IMG/VR virus record: IMGVR_UViG_3300025372_000001
Length of the DNA: 64,000 nucleotides
Origin: a virus
Taxonomy: Duplodnaviria > Caudoviricetes
Strand: one strand, 5' to 3'
The notes beneath the pieces are model-generated. The model did no database searches and was not told the DNA's origin. It saw nothing but the letters and a program-made list of their open reading frames with translations. A program made the translations under genes and the position numbers. How positions within the stretch are numbered: the first letter of the stretch is position 1; each line of letters starts with the position of its first letter. Below, one piece after another: positions 9,611-18,749 of this stretch.

Positions 9611-9647
9611 TTTCCCGTTAAGATAAACAACAAAAAACTAAAATACT

Positions 9648-9851
9648 ATGAAGGTAAAAGAACTAATCGCAGAACTTGCTAAACATAATCCCGAAGCAAA
9701 GGTTCTTAATTATATCGAAGAAGCAGAAGAATATGGTAAAACCACTTCTGTTGTCACTATCACAGATCAAGACGAAATGCCTTATGCAAAAGGGGATGTT
9801 CCTGAAATTGACGGAGAAGTGGTATTGATTCAAGGATGGCTCGCATCTTAA
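9648..9851 (+). CDS. Small MKVKELIAEL-type protein
   Basis: N-terminal helix shared with 34516, 37865 and 41284. Confidence 0.6.
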   Translation: MKVKELIAELAKHNPEAKVLNYIEEAEEYGKTTSVVTITDQDEMPYAKGDVPEIDGEVVLIQGWLAS

Positions 9852-9877
9852 TTTCCCTTTAACATAAACACAATATT

Positions 9878-10171
9878 ATGAATAAATCGCTTTGTATTAC
9901 TGCGCCTCGTCTAGATAATCACGATAATGGGTTTTCTTTAACTCTAAATGGAGAATGGTTTGATCTTGCTAATACGCATGATTTACGAAAACTGAACGAA
10001 CATAATCTCCGATTACTATTAAAGATGGATCGTGCTTATGAAAAGGCATTAGCTGAATTTAACCAACAATTCGTTGACAAATATGCTTCTCAAGTGGATA
10101 CTGTAAATGCCTTACCCGTTGAAACATATGATGCATATTGTAAAATCTCAGACGAGATTGACGAAGAATAA
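9878..10171 (+). CDS. Hypothetical protein
   Basis: Packed ORF. Confidence 0.6.
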   Translation: MNKSLCITAPRLDNHDNGFSLTLNGEWFDLANTHDLRKLNEHNLRLLLKMDRAYEKALAEFNQQFVDKYASQVDTVNALPVETYDAYCKISDEIDEE

Positions 10172-10216
10172 ACTATTTAAAATTCCCTCAAACAGCAAAT
10201 AAACAACAAAACACAC

Positions 10217-10633
10217 ATGACTACTGCTACCATCTTCCAACAAAAACTACATTCTTTCTTTACTCGCAATTGTAAGGACAATTTTGCCTCATTTGAAGAT
10301 TTTCTTAATGATGTTGGTAATCCGCCTCGTCGCAATATGAAACTTACTCGTAAGTGTATCAAGAAAGGTTATACTCCTGGTAATCTTGTTTGGGCAAAAA
10401 CCCAAAACCGTTCTAGTGGTTATCTAGTTAAGACCTCTTCCGGTAATGTTGCCTCCCTTCGTTCTGCATGTGAACAAGATGGTGTAACTTATCAAAGTGT
10501 TCATAATTACATGAATCATTATCCAATTCGTTCCAATCCACAAGCAGTCTTTGAACTGGTGAAGATGGATAAAAATAGCCGTCGAATGTTCAAACGTAAT
10601 GCTTTCGTCCATGCAATTAATAATCTTGCATAA
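10217..10633 (+). CDS. Basic protein with a possible C-terminal HTH
   Basis: VASLRSACEQDGVTYQSVHNYM resembles a helix-turn-helix. Confidence 0.5.
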   Translation: MTTATIFQQKLHSFFTRNCKDNFASFEDFLNDVGNPPRRNMKLTRKCIKKGYTPGNLVWAKTQNRSSGYLVKTSSGNVASLRSACEQDGVTYQSVHNYMNHYPIRSNPQAVFELVKMDKNSRRMFKRNAFVHAINNLA

Positions 10634-10654
10634 ATTTTCTTAGTTATAAGAAAA

Positions 10655-10730
10655 GTCCCTATAGTGTAACGGATTAGCACCTACGGATTCTACCCGTATA
10701 GAAAAAGTTCAAATCTTTTTAGGGATACCA
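10655..10730 (+). tRNA. tRNA-Arg(UCU)
   Basis: 76-nt cloverleaf: acceptor GTCCCTA/TAGGGAT, anticodon arm TACGG-ATTCTAC-CCGTA, T-loop TTCAAAT, encoded CCA. Confidence 0.92.
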
Positions 10731-10738
10731 ATTTAACT

Positions 10739-10770
10739 AAAAAGTCATAAGAATTCTTATGACTTTTTTT
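10739..10770 (+). terminator. Intrinsic terminator after tRNA-Arg
   Basis: Perfect palindrome AAAAAGTCATAA-GAATTC-TTATGACTTTTT plus T run. Confidence 0.8.
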
Positions 10771-10791
10771 ATCGAATAATAATTTAATAAT

Positions 10792-11238
10792 ATGTTCCGA
10801 ATTGTAAAAACTGATAATCATGCCTTTGCTGCTTCCGTTAATCGTGGAGTCAATATTGTTAAAGGGACAGGAAAGGTATGGACTACTCGTAGAGGGGTAG
10901 TGAATGCCATTAGCGACACAATTCTAGGATATTGTGGATATTTTGGTAATGATGCATGTTTCGATAATCTTTCTATTCATGGGGTAGCGGCTAATTATTA
11001 TATTCCTGTAAAAGATTTTGTAAATGAGCAAGAAAGATCGAAGATTAAAGCGGATATTATCGGAAATTCAAAAGGATACAATAAAAGGTTTGCTGATTGG
11101 TTGGATAATATTAAAAATATTCAAATTGATCTTTGGAAAATAGAAACAACTCTTAGACAAGAGTTATATTCTGAATATTTGCTTGCCATTGAAGATAAAT
11201 GGACTAAGGTAGGAGCGAAATCATTCACCTTTAACTAA
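10792..11238 (+). CDS. Hypothetical protein
   Basis: 148-aa ORF. Confidence 0.65.
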   Translation: MFRIVKTDNHAFAASVNRGVNIVKGTGKVWTTRRGVVNAISDTILGYCGYFGNDACFDNLSIHGVAANYYIPVKDFVNEQERSKIKADIIGNSKGYNKRFADWLDNIKNIQIDLWKIETTLRQELYSEYLLAIEDKWTKVGAKSFTFN

Positions 11239-11239
11239 T

Positions 11240-11524
11240 ATGAAAACAATCACTTGGGAAGAATTTATTTCAGTCATTAATGATAAAACCACTATCGTTT
11301 GTATTGATTCGGCAGAAATCGATTGGTGCATAGCTGCGGACGAATCTTACATCGAAATTGAAGAATTTAATTCTTATATTTATAAAGAAGATAATGAAAC
11401 CATTAAAGTCGATGGAAACACCATTTATGTAAAAGATATGAATCAAGAAGATTTCGTGGATGATATTGAACTTCAAATTTTTAAAAAAGTGCCGTGGAAT
11501 CGAAATAGCCTTGACAAATACTAA
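11240..11524 (+). CDS. Acidic protein, tandem paralog A (MKTITW)
   Basis: Shares MKTITW..FI..I and ..IEIF+K.PW with the next ORF. Confidence 0.7.
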   Translation: MKTITWEEFISVINDKTTIVCIDSAEIDWCIAADESYIEIEEFNSYIYKEDNETIKVDGNTIYVKDMNQEDFVDDIELQIFKKVPWNRNSLDKY

Positions 11525-11546
11525 TTAACTGTTATACTCTTAATCT

Positions 11547-11825
11547 ATGAAAACAATTACATGGCAACAATTTATTGATATTATCAAATCACCTGAATCT
11601 CTAATCAGTTGGGATAATTTTCTTTGTAATGTCTCAATTAATGAGGATGGATCAGAAGTGTCATTCTTTTTTGAAGAAGATGGTAATGAATCGCAATGCG
11701 AAATTACTAAATGGAACAATCCTAATATTCCAGTAAACGATAATGTATTGTCGGTATTTGATAATCTTTCTGATGATGTATTTTCGATTGAAATCTTTCG
11801 TAAAATGCCTTGGGTAATTAGATAA
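11547..11825 (+). CDS. Acidic protein, tandem paralog B (MKTITW)
   Basis: Paralog of 11240; has its own promoter. Confidence 0.7.
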   Translation: MKTITWQQFIDIIKSPESLISWDNFLCNVSINEDGSEVSFFFEEDGNESQCEITKWNNPNIPVNDNVLSVFDNLSDDVFSIEIFRKMPWVIR

Positions 11826-11836
11826 ATCCATTTCGT

Positions 11837-12127
11837 ATGAAACATCATCCAGAACAGCAAGAAGATGAAATTTATATGGGAATTATTGACTCTCATACTT
11901 TCTTTAGCTCTTCTTTTCAAATTTGGAACACTTGGACAAATAAACGATTAGGTTATGGATTTACAGAAAATCGTATGAGACTAGTGAATGATTGGCGTCC
12001 TTGGTTCATTAAAAGGAAAGATGTAGAACAAGAAATTATCCGAATTCAACAATACGAAACTCATAACAAAGAAGAAAGAATTTCCTTGTTTCAAAAAATG
12101 TTGGATAACGGAACAGCATTGTTTTAA
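11837..12127 (+). CDS. Hypothetical phage protein (HPE...EIYMG...KRLG)
   Basis: Packed ORF. Confidence 0.6.
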   Translation: MKHHPEQQEDEIYMGIIDSHTFFSSSFQIWNTWTNKRLGYGFTENRMRLVNDWRPWFIKRKDVEQEIIRIQQYETHNKEERISLFQKMLDNGTALF

Positions 12128-12202
12128 CGAATAAAATTTGACAAAGTTTCATTATACGTTAACATATAAATCTCAACGTAATAACCCCTAACTACTCATT
12201 AA

Positions 12203-13195
12203 ATGCCTACTGTAATCCATCCTACCTTTGCTCCTGTTATCGGCCAAAATCTTGCCAAAGAACGCCTTTCGGCAGGTATTAACTCTGTCACTCAAGGTCG
12301 GGCAGCAACTCAACCTCTTATTACTGCTCCTTTTGGTTGTGGCAAAACAGAAGTAGCAAAACGCTATCTAGAAGCCCTAGAAGCTCAAGGATTCCGTTCA
12401 ATGAGTCTCAATTCTCCCAAAGAAATGCGCCTTGCTGGGCCTAAATGGGACGAATTTGTTCAAATGGTAATGGACTATACTACTCCTTATGTTATTCATA
12501 TCGATGAAGCACATGATATGGTGCTTGATTCAGTTAAGAATATGGTAACTCTTAAAGCCTTTCTTCTTAAGGCAATGGACAAACAAAATACGGGAAGAGA
12601 TATTCCTATTTCCGATGATCTAGTGACTCGGTTTGAACGTAATCGAAATGTATTCATTCTTACTACAAATTTTCCCCATCTTCTAGATAAATCCGGTGCA
12701 TTGCAATCCAGGTTTGATCATATTCAATTGGATACTTATGATGAAGAGGAATTGAAAGGTATCCTTGTTCGTATGATGATGTCAAATGAAATGCAATGGG
12801 ATTCCGAAGAGGTTCTTAATATCATTGCGCGGTGTGGGAGAGGTTCTGCCCGTCCTATTAAGAATGTTATTGACGAAGCATTGATTATTCATGGTAATGA
12901 AAATCCTTTAACGAAAGCACAAGCCTTGCGCACTATTCGCCTTTTGCGTATGTTTCCGAAGGGTTTGACGCATGATGAAGTTAAATTGCTTCAAATTTGT
13001 CAAAATAAGGAATTGAAAGATAGTCAGGCAAATGCAATGATTCCTAGTATGTCTCCTGCTGATCTGCGTAATGCAAAAGGTTACTTGACATCTCCTCAAG
13101 TTGGGTTTATGACTATTACCTCGCGAGGTATGGAAACAACAAGGATTGGTTCTGCATATTTGAATATGTTGTTTACACAGGGTTTCCTTGAATAA
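12203..13195 (+). CDS. ruvB: RuvB-like AAA+ ATPase (Holliday junction branch-migration motor family)
   Basis: VIGQ, Walker A APFGCGKT, Walker B IDEAH, Arg finger LQSRF, sensor II GRGSAR, C-terminal GFMTITSRG..TT like the RuvB winged helix. Confidence 0.75.
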   Translation: MPTVIHPTFAPVIGQNLAKERLSAGINSVTQGRAATQPLITAPFGCGKTEVAKRYLEALEAQGFRSMSLNSPKEMRLAGPKWDEFVQMVMDYTTPYVIHIDEAHDMVLDSVKNMVTLKAFLLKAMDKQNTGRDIPISDDLVTRFERNRNVFILTTNFPHLLDKSGALQSRFDHIQLDTYDEEELKGILVRMMMSNEMQWDSEEVLNIIARCGRGSARPIKNVIDEALIIHGNENPLTKAQALRTIRLLRMFPKGLTHDEVKLLQICQNKELKDSQANAMIPSMSPADLRNAKGYLTSPQVGFMTITSRGMETTRIGSAYLNMLFTQGFLE

Positions 13196-13565
13196 TATGA
13201 ATAAGGCAAATTTAGCAGAAGAACATAAAATTCATTCTCCTTGGAGTTGGATCGAGTGTATTTCTGCTTATAAATTTCCTAAAGATCAAGATGAATGGGA
13301 GAAATGTCCTTCTTGCGGTTTTCGTCCTAAAATCTGGGAATTTGATAATGGTAGAAGTACCGCTTGCGCTTGTCGTAAAGAAATAGCGAATATATACAAT
13401 CATTGGAGCATTTATGCTGAATCGATTGCATCATATTATAAAAGAAATAAAACATTGGAAGGTTATGATTCGGATGAATTAAAAAAGAATTGGAATCATT
13501 ACTGCTTGACAGGTGAAGTTCGCTTTGAACGTCCTTTAGGCGGTAGAGTAGATAAAAGATGGTAA
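13188..13565 (+). CDS. Zn-ribbon protein, weakly Lar (restriction alleviation)-like
   Basis: CPSCG...CAC...WN pattern; ATG 13197 is an alternative start. Confidence 0.45.
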   Translation: MNNMNKANLAEEHKIHSPWSWIECISAYKFPKDQDEWEKCPSCGFRPKIWEFDNGRSTACACRKEIANIYNHWSIYAESIASYYKRNKTLEGYDSDELKKNWNHYCLTGEVRFERPLGGRVDKRW

Positions 13566-13939
13566 ACCGTTTGACAAATCATTAACATAGTCTAATATAG
13601 AAACATGAACACTATTTTCCTTGTCATTCTCCAATATGATATTAGCTTCAATGATGCAGATGAAGGAGATTGTTATGCCGGTGAAGGTCAGCGAGTCCTC
13701 AAAGCATTTTCAAATAAAAACATTGCTGATGAGTTGGCGCAAAAAATGAATCCAATTATTTCATTGGCAGAACAAGAAACAACCATTTATCCTATTCAAA
13801 AGAATAATCGGAAATTGCTAAATGAATTAGGATTAATTCACCATAATATAGATAATGGTTACAATTTTAAATTAGTCGTTGAAGAAATAGAAGTAACCGT
13901 TTGACAAAACATTAACATAGTCTAATATAGAAACATGAA
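13565..13939 (+). repeat. 45-bp direct repeats (13565-13609 and 13895-13939) containing a promoter and ATG, flanking one gene
   Basis: AACCGTTTGACAAA(T/A)CATTAACATAGTCTAATATAGAAACATGAA, 1 mismatch. Confidence 0.92.
13605..13904 (+). CDS. Hypothetical protein (repeat-bounded cassette)
   Basis: Starts in repeat copy 1; its TGA stop lies inside the TTGACA of copy 2. Confidence 0.7.
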   Translation: MNTIFLVILQYDISFNDADEGDCYAGEGQRVLKAFSNKNIADELAQKMNPIISLAEQETTIYPIQKNNRKLLNELGLIHHNIDNGYNFKLVVEEIEVTV

Positions 13940-14228
13940 TCAACCTAAATTCATTCCCGTAAATCAACTTAAAAAAGGAACACTCTTCACTGTTCACGCT
14001 AAACCTGATGCCTATCAACAAGGTATTGTTGCACAAGGTCGAATCTTTCGCATTCGAGAAGTAGCCTTTCCTTTCATCTTTGCAGATCATTATGTCGGGC
14101 CTAATCGTTGGATTGATAGTCCTTGGATATTGAACCTTGAACAAGGTATCAATCTAATTGAACTAACTTCTGCTGCATTGTTTCAAGGTAAAATTAAACA
14201 AATTAAACGTAAACATAATAAGAAATAA
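13935..14228 (+). CDS. Hypothetical protein
   Basis: ATG 6 nt after the -10 box. Confidence 0.65.
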   Translation: MNQPKFIPVNQLKKGTLFTVHAKPDAYQQGIVAQGRIFRIREVAFPFIFADHYVGPNRWIDSPWILNLEQGINLIELTSAALFQGKIKQIKRKHNKK

Positions 14229-14233
14229 AATAT

Positions 14234-14467
14234 ATGAGTGCCATTCTTTTACTCCTTGCTTTAATCTTTTATAGCAATGTCGGATTTTTTATTGCTGTAT
14301 TTAACTTTATTCCAAACGGCCCTTCACAATTTTTTAAATTATCTATTGGACAAAAGATATTTACGGTGATAGTAGGTGGTCCAGCTATCATCTTCGTTCT
14401 TATCATATATGCAGTTGTATTTAAACTAGGTGATTACCTAACTGAAATCTTTAACTCTCTCAAATAA
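14234..14467 (+). CDS. Two-TM membrane protein
   Basis: Two hydrophobic segments. Confidence 0.6.
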   Translation: MSAILLLLALIFYSNVGFFIAVFNFIPNGPSQFFKLSIGQKIFTVIVGGPAIIFVLIIYAVVFKLGDYLTEIFNSLK

Positions 14468-14478
14468 TAAAACAAAAT

Positions 14479-14883
14479 ATGAAACAACTACTCTATACTC
14501 CTATAGTCCAATTCTCAGGTGCTCTTACTACTGAGGATGTAGTAGATCAAATGGAAGCAGTCAATAATGAATTGATTCGTCGCGGCTATAGCGTTCCTTC
14601 TGTTTCTGCTGCGTCCAATCCCTCTTCTAATGCTCCGACACCTAAAGGCGAACAAGGCCCGCTAGAACGCAAATGGTGCGAATTAAAGAAGGTTCGCGGT
14701 GTTCGTCGCACAGAAGGACGAACAAATGAACAACAAGCCGAATACAATCTTCGTCATTATCTCGGATATACTGATGAAAAAATTCAGAAAATCCTAGATG
14801 AATATGTTCCTGAACACCATAATGAACATCTTCCATCTATTATCGAAGATGATGAAGAGGTTCCTGAACATAAGCTAATGTAA
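14479..14883 (+). CDS. Hypothetical protein with an acidic tail
   Basis: 134-aa ORF. Confidence 0.65.
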   Translation: MKQLLYTPIVQFSGALTTEDVVDQMEAVNNELIRRGYSVPSVSAASNPSSNAPTPKGEQGPLERKWCELKKVRGVRRTEGRTNEQQAEYNLRHYLGYTDEKIQKILDEYVPEHHNEHLPSIIEDDEEVPEHKLM

Positions 14884-14974
14884 TTTAAAAGATTTAGTTG
14901 ATAAAAGTCCTTTACAAAGGGCAGATAGGTGGTAAGATTGATTCGTTAAAAGAAACAATTCAACCAACTCTACT

Positions 14975-15073
14975 ATGAAACTATCCTTCTTTGATTATCT
15001 ATCTTTGCTGCTCTTTACAAGCATCGTTGTCTATGCAACAGGTAAAGAATTGGGCTTTTTTATCAATCTCTAA
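14975..15073 (+). CDS. 32-aa single-TM peptide (below cutoff)
   Basis: MKLSFFDYLSLLLFTSIVVYATGKELGFFINL, 11 nt upstream of the glucosaminidase. Confidence 0.45.
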   Translation: MKLSFFDYLSLLLFTSIVVYATGKELGFFINL

Positions 15074-15084
15074 TATTCTTAAAT

Positions 15085-15921
15085 ATGTCAACTCTACTTA
15101 AGATTATTCTACCTGTTGCAACGGTTGTTGGGACTTTTGCTATCTATCCAGTTTATAAACAACACTGGATTAATGCTAATCCTAATAAACCTGTTTCAAA
15201 AAATCTTCTGCTAGATGCAGTTGAACAACTCAAATACAAAAGCGAGATTAAGATTTTCTCCTTGTTGACAGGAAAAGATGTAACTAAGAAGATGTGGAAA
15301 GAAACAAAGGTAAATTCTGATGAGTTTACTTTGCCGCCTGATCTTCCACCTATGTTGGATATTCCTAGTTATCCTGTTGCAAAGATTACTAAAATTCCCG
15401 ATGTGGCTTCTCCTGTTAAAACAGTTGAACTTTCTCCTGAATATAAGGTAAATGTTCGTTCTGTTGTTAATGCAACAGTATTGGATAAGAAGTTAGAAGG
15501 TGTTCTTAGGGGGAAAGGACAAGTGATTATTCAAGCAGCACAAGAATATAACATTTGTCCTATTTTCTTGACAGCGATTCTGATGCATGAATCTGCTAAT
15601 GGTAAATCTAATTTCGCAGAAGATAAGAATAATGTGGCGGGAATTATGACAGTTGCTAAAGTTAAACAAAAAGGTAAATGGATTAATAAATCTGTTGCAA
15701 AAGAGTTTGACAATGTGGAAGAATGTATTAGATTCACGGCGAAACTGTTAGGTAGTAAGACATATGCAGGAGGTAAACGAGATACTATCGGAGAGATTCA
15801 GCAAGTGTATTGTCCTGTTGGGGCAAAGAATGATCCAAAGAAACTTAATGGGCATTGGCTCGGAGGAGTAATGGGATATATGGAAAAACTTTGGGGAAAA
15901 ACTATTCACGTCCGTTCTTAA
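15085..15921 (+). CDS. Membrane-anchored peptidoglycan hydrolase, glucosaminidase (GH73-like)
   Basis: N-terminal hydrophobic anchor; AAQEYNICPIFLTAILMHESANG (catalytic Glu), KNNVAGI, F.NVEECI, YCP...N..W. Confidence 0.8.
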   Translation: MSTLLKIILPVATVVGTFAIYPVYKQHWINANPNKPVSKNLLLDAVEQLKYKSEIKIFSLLTGKDVTKKMWKETKVNSDEFTLPPDLPPMLDIPSYPVAKITKIPDVASPVKTVELSPEYKVNVRSVVNATVLDKKLEGVLRGKGQVIIQAAQEYNICPIFLTAILMHESANGKSNFAEDKNNVAGIMTVAKVKQKGKWINKSVAKEFDNVEECIRFTAKLLGSKTYAGGKRDTIGEIQQVYCPVGAKNDPKKLNGHWLGGVMGYMEKLWGKTIHVRS

Positions 15922-15950
15922 TAAATGCTAACTTAAAAAATAACAAAAAC

Positions 15951-16208
15951 ATGAAAATCGAAACAAAATATAATGTAGGTGATATTGTGCATCTGATGCA
16001 CGATCAAGGGGTTCTAGCAAAAGCAACTACTGCAAAAATCTTGACAGTTCATTTCACTCAAGACGATTCTAATTTCCAGAAGGGCAATATTACCTACAAA
16101 TATGCTCTTAAACAGAAAGGTACTGCCTATTATGATGAAGCCAATACTTCCACTTGTAACGAGGTTTATCTTTTCCCCACCAAAGAAGAACTCCTTGCCA
16201 GTCTTTAA
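15951..16208 (+). CDS. Hypothetical protein (MKIETKYNVGDIV; start reassigned)
   Basis: Common phage SH3-like N-terminus. Confidence 0.6.
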   Translation: MKIETKYNVGDIVHLMHDQGVLAKATTAKILTVHFTQDDSNFQKGNITYKYALKQKGTAYYDEANTSTCNEVYLFPTKEELLASL

Positions 16209-16219
16209 TTAATAAAATT

Positions 16220-16453
16220 ATGAATACAGAATTTTATCATGTTACATGGAATGGGTGGAATGGGGCGAATCCTTGTTACTATGTGGAAGGAACAAAGGAA
16301 AATGGTCGAATTTTAGCTACTCGTTTCCAAGTTACGTCCATTATTCGTAATGGTAAACGTGTTAAGGCGAAACTTGAACCGGTGTATCATGGAGGCGCAT
16401 TCCCTCTTACTTGTAAGATTCGCAAACTGAAGAAAAATCCTTTTAAAGACTGA
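16220..16453 (+). CDS. Hypothetical protein
   Basis: Packed ORF. Confidence 0.55.
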   Translation: MNTEFYHVTWNGWNGANPCYYVEGTKENGRILATRFQVTSIIRNGKRVKAKLEPVYHGGAFPLTCKIRKLKKNPFKD

Positions 16454-16457
16454 TGAT

Positions 16458-16844
16458 ATGGAAATTCGAGATTATTCCAGGTATCGAGATATTGTACAAT
16501 GGGAATTGGAAACACTTGCAAAGGTTCCTTTCATTAAAATTGTTAAGAATGAACCTGTTCTTACAGTTGGATATGATGTATGGCTTAGTCTTGAACATAT
16601 TGAAAAGACTGCTAATAGTATGCATTCCGAATTCAAAAATCTCTGGAAATGGGTGAAAAATGTTTCTCCTCATTTGACAGAATTTAAGACTGCATATCAT
16701 ACTTTGGTTAATCTCTTGTTTCTTTTGAAATATGATATTCAAGAGGAATTGAATAGATGGAAAACAGAATTAAAGAACAATAATCAAACTTATTTTTATA
16801 ATTTGCCAAAGGTTTCTGCTAATTGGTACTCGACAAACAATTAA
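16458..16844 (+). CDS. Hypothetical protein
   Basis: Packed ORF. Confidence 0.6.
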   Translation: MEIRDYSRYRDIVQWELETLAKVPFIKIVKNEPVLTVGYDVWLSLEHIEKTANSMHSEFKNLWKWVKNVSPHLTEFKTAYHTLVNLLFLLKYDIQEELNRWKTELKNNNQTYFYNLPKVSANWYSTNN

Positions 16845-16862
16845 ACCGTGATATACTCTGTT

Positions 16863-17351
16863 ATGAAACCAGATATTGAAGAAGTACTGAGTCAGTATAA
16901 TCTTGCCAAGAAATTCCTAAATAAACGACTTAGGGGTGTTGATATGGAAGTATGTGATGTTGTCGTCACTTTTGAGAATTACCAAGTTAAGACTGAATTG
17001 TTTAATAAACAGAAGTTTTTGATTATTCTTCTGCTAGTTGGAGGCGAACAATATATTTTTGATCCTGAGAATCCTCCGAAACTACAACAACCAGTTATTC
17101 GTGTAGAACAACAGCACACTCAATACATTTTTACTGCTAGGCTTAATGGGGATTATTGGAATTTCGATGATGGAGATGATGTTTTAAGTGTCACTACTTA
17201 TGCTATCAAAACGGCTTATGAATTTATGAAATCAATTTATTCTGATTCACATGCTCCTTCTCCTGAAATTCAATCCGTTATCATTAACTCCTTGATCTTT
17301 CCTTATTCTGTGTTAGAATCCATGTTCAACATTCAAAACGAAAACCAATAA
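16863..17351 (+). CDS. Hypothetical protein (start reassigned to ATG 16863)
   Basis: Promoter-like TCGACA-16-TATACT just upstream. Confidence 0.6.
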   Translation: MKPDIEEVLSQYNLAKKFLNKRLRGVDMEVCDVVVTFENYQVKTELFNKQKFLIILLLVGGEQYIFDPENPPKLQQPVIRVEQQHTQYIFTARLNGDYWNFDDGDDVLSVTTYAIKTAYEFMKSIYSDSHAPSPEIQSVIINSLIFPYSVLESMFNIQNENQ

Positions 17352-17353
17352 AA

Positions 17354-17650
17354 ATGAAACAAACTATCCTCATTAGCACAATTTGAGCCATTCTCGTTCA
17401 TCTTCTTTTCCTCTTTCCTCTATTTGGATTTGTTCTGCTTTATCTGGCAATGGGATATTTTATGGATAAAGTTGACCTAAAATCCGGCACTAATGATACT
17501 ACCACTGCATTTGTTTGCTTTGCTCTTCCCCCTGTTGCATTCGCTGCAAGTATCTTATCTGGTGAACAAGAACATATGAAAACAGTCCTTAAAGAATGGT
17601 TTCCTAATTTCAAATTCCCTAAATTCCGTAGTCCAATCCATTTTAATTAA
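17354..17650 (+). pseudogene. Membrane protein gene interrupted by an in-frame TGA at 17384-17386
   Basis: MKQTILISTI*AILVHLLFLFPLFGFVLLYLAMGYF... continues in frame into track ORF 17450-17650. Confidence 0.6.
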
Positions 17651-17747
17651 TAAATTTATAACTCTTAAACAAACTATCATCGTTTCAGTTATCGTTCATT
17701 TCCTTCTACTTCATCTTTCGTCAATCCTGCTTATTGGATGGCTAGGA

Positions 17748-17951
17748 ATGATTGCCTATGCACTATATCTAGTTTACCTAATTGAATGCAATTTCGATGA
17801 TCATAAGATTGAGATTGTTATGCAAATTTTACTTGCCATAACATGTCCGCCCCTTTCGATTCTTCTTTGCTATATCTTTGATAAAAAACTTATTCCTGAA
17901 AATAATTGGATCGTTAAACAAGTCGATTCTTTGATCTTTTTCTGGAAGTAA
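17748..17951 (+). CDS. Membrane protein (5' end possibly degraded)
   Basis: Hydrophobic; upstream KQTII-like sequence resembles 17354 but is out of frame. Confidence 0.5.
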   Translation: MIAYALYLVYLIECNFDDHKIEIVMQILLAITCPPLSILLCYIFDKKLIPENNWIVKQVDSLIFFWK

Positions 17952-18004
17952 TTTGACAAACTGATAGTATAAGGTAAAGTAACAATCTCATTAGAAAATA
18001 AACA

Positions 18005-18745
18005 ATGAATACAAAAAACATCCTTCTTACCATGGCATTGCTTCTGGCATTGCCTTTCTCCAACATTCTCAATGCAAAAGGGAGTTCTAGCTTTAGCTCA
18101 AGTCGAAGCAGTTCGTCTAGTAGCGGATTTAGTAGCAGTCGAAGCTCTGGAAGTAGCGGATTTAGTTCTTCTCGTTCAAGTGGTTCATCCTCTTCTGCTG
18201 GATTCAGTAGCAGTCGAAGTTCAACCCCTTCTGCCCCCAAAAGCAGTGGATTCAGTAGCAGTTCGGGATCAAGTACAGGCAAAGGTTGGTTCGGGGGAAG
18301 CAGTTCAACCCCTAAGAATAGTTTTGATCATTCTTCTCAACGCTCTTCTCTAACTCCGTTTAAACCAAAGGAACAATATGTTTCAGAATTTAAAGCACAA
18401 AATGCGAATAAGTATCCAACTACCTTTAGTTCTCCTCCTGCTCAACGTCCTTCTTACATTCCACAAACCACTGTAATCAATAATACACATTATCCAATTA
18501 CATATAATCAATCGGCAGGCGGTTATGGTTTTGTTAATGCCCTTGGTGCATTCGTTCTCTATGATGCTATTAGTGATATGGCAGTCCATAATTATCAACG
18601 AGATGCTGCTGCTCATGTTCATGCTCAACAAGTAACTTACAATGATTATGATAATGGTTGGTCACTTGGTTCCATTCTCCTTAGTATCTTTGTGATAGGA
18701 TTTATCGGAATCGTTCTTGTGCTCTATTCAATCACTAATATATAA
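18005..18745 (+). CDS. Exported Ser/Gly-rich low-complexity protein with signal peptide and C-terminal TM
   Basis: Signal peptide ending LNA-K; SSSRSS/SGFSSS repeats; C-terminal WSLGSILLSIFVIGFIGIVLVLY. Confidence 0.8.
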   Translation: MNTKNILLTMALLLALPFSNILNAKGSSSFSSSRSSSSSSGFSSSRSSGSSGFSSSRSSGSSSSAGFSSSRSSTPSAPKSSGFSSSSGSSTGKGWFGGSSSTPKNSFDHSSQRSSLTPFKPKEQYVSEFKAQNANKYPTTFSSPPAQRPSYIPQTTVINNTHYPITYNQSAGGYGFVNALGAFVLYDAISDMAVHNYQRDAAAHVHAQQVTYNDYDNGWSLGSILLSIFVIGFIGIVLVLYSITNI

Positions 18746-18749
18746 AAAT

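Noticed and set aside
17384-17386. TGA read-through suggesting a recoded genetic code (TGA=Trp or Gly)
   Set aside because: TGA acts as a true stop in many ATGA overlaps (4220, 7003, 7437) and TAG ends large late genes. This is a single case, best explained as a TGG-to-TGA mutation or an error.
17914-18353. Overlapping ORFs across the Ser-rich gene
   Set aside because: These are shadows of low-complexity sequence with no promoter or motif.
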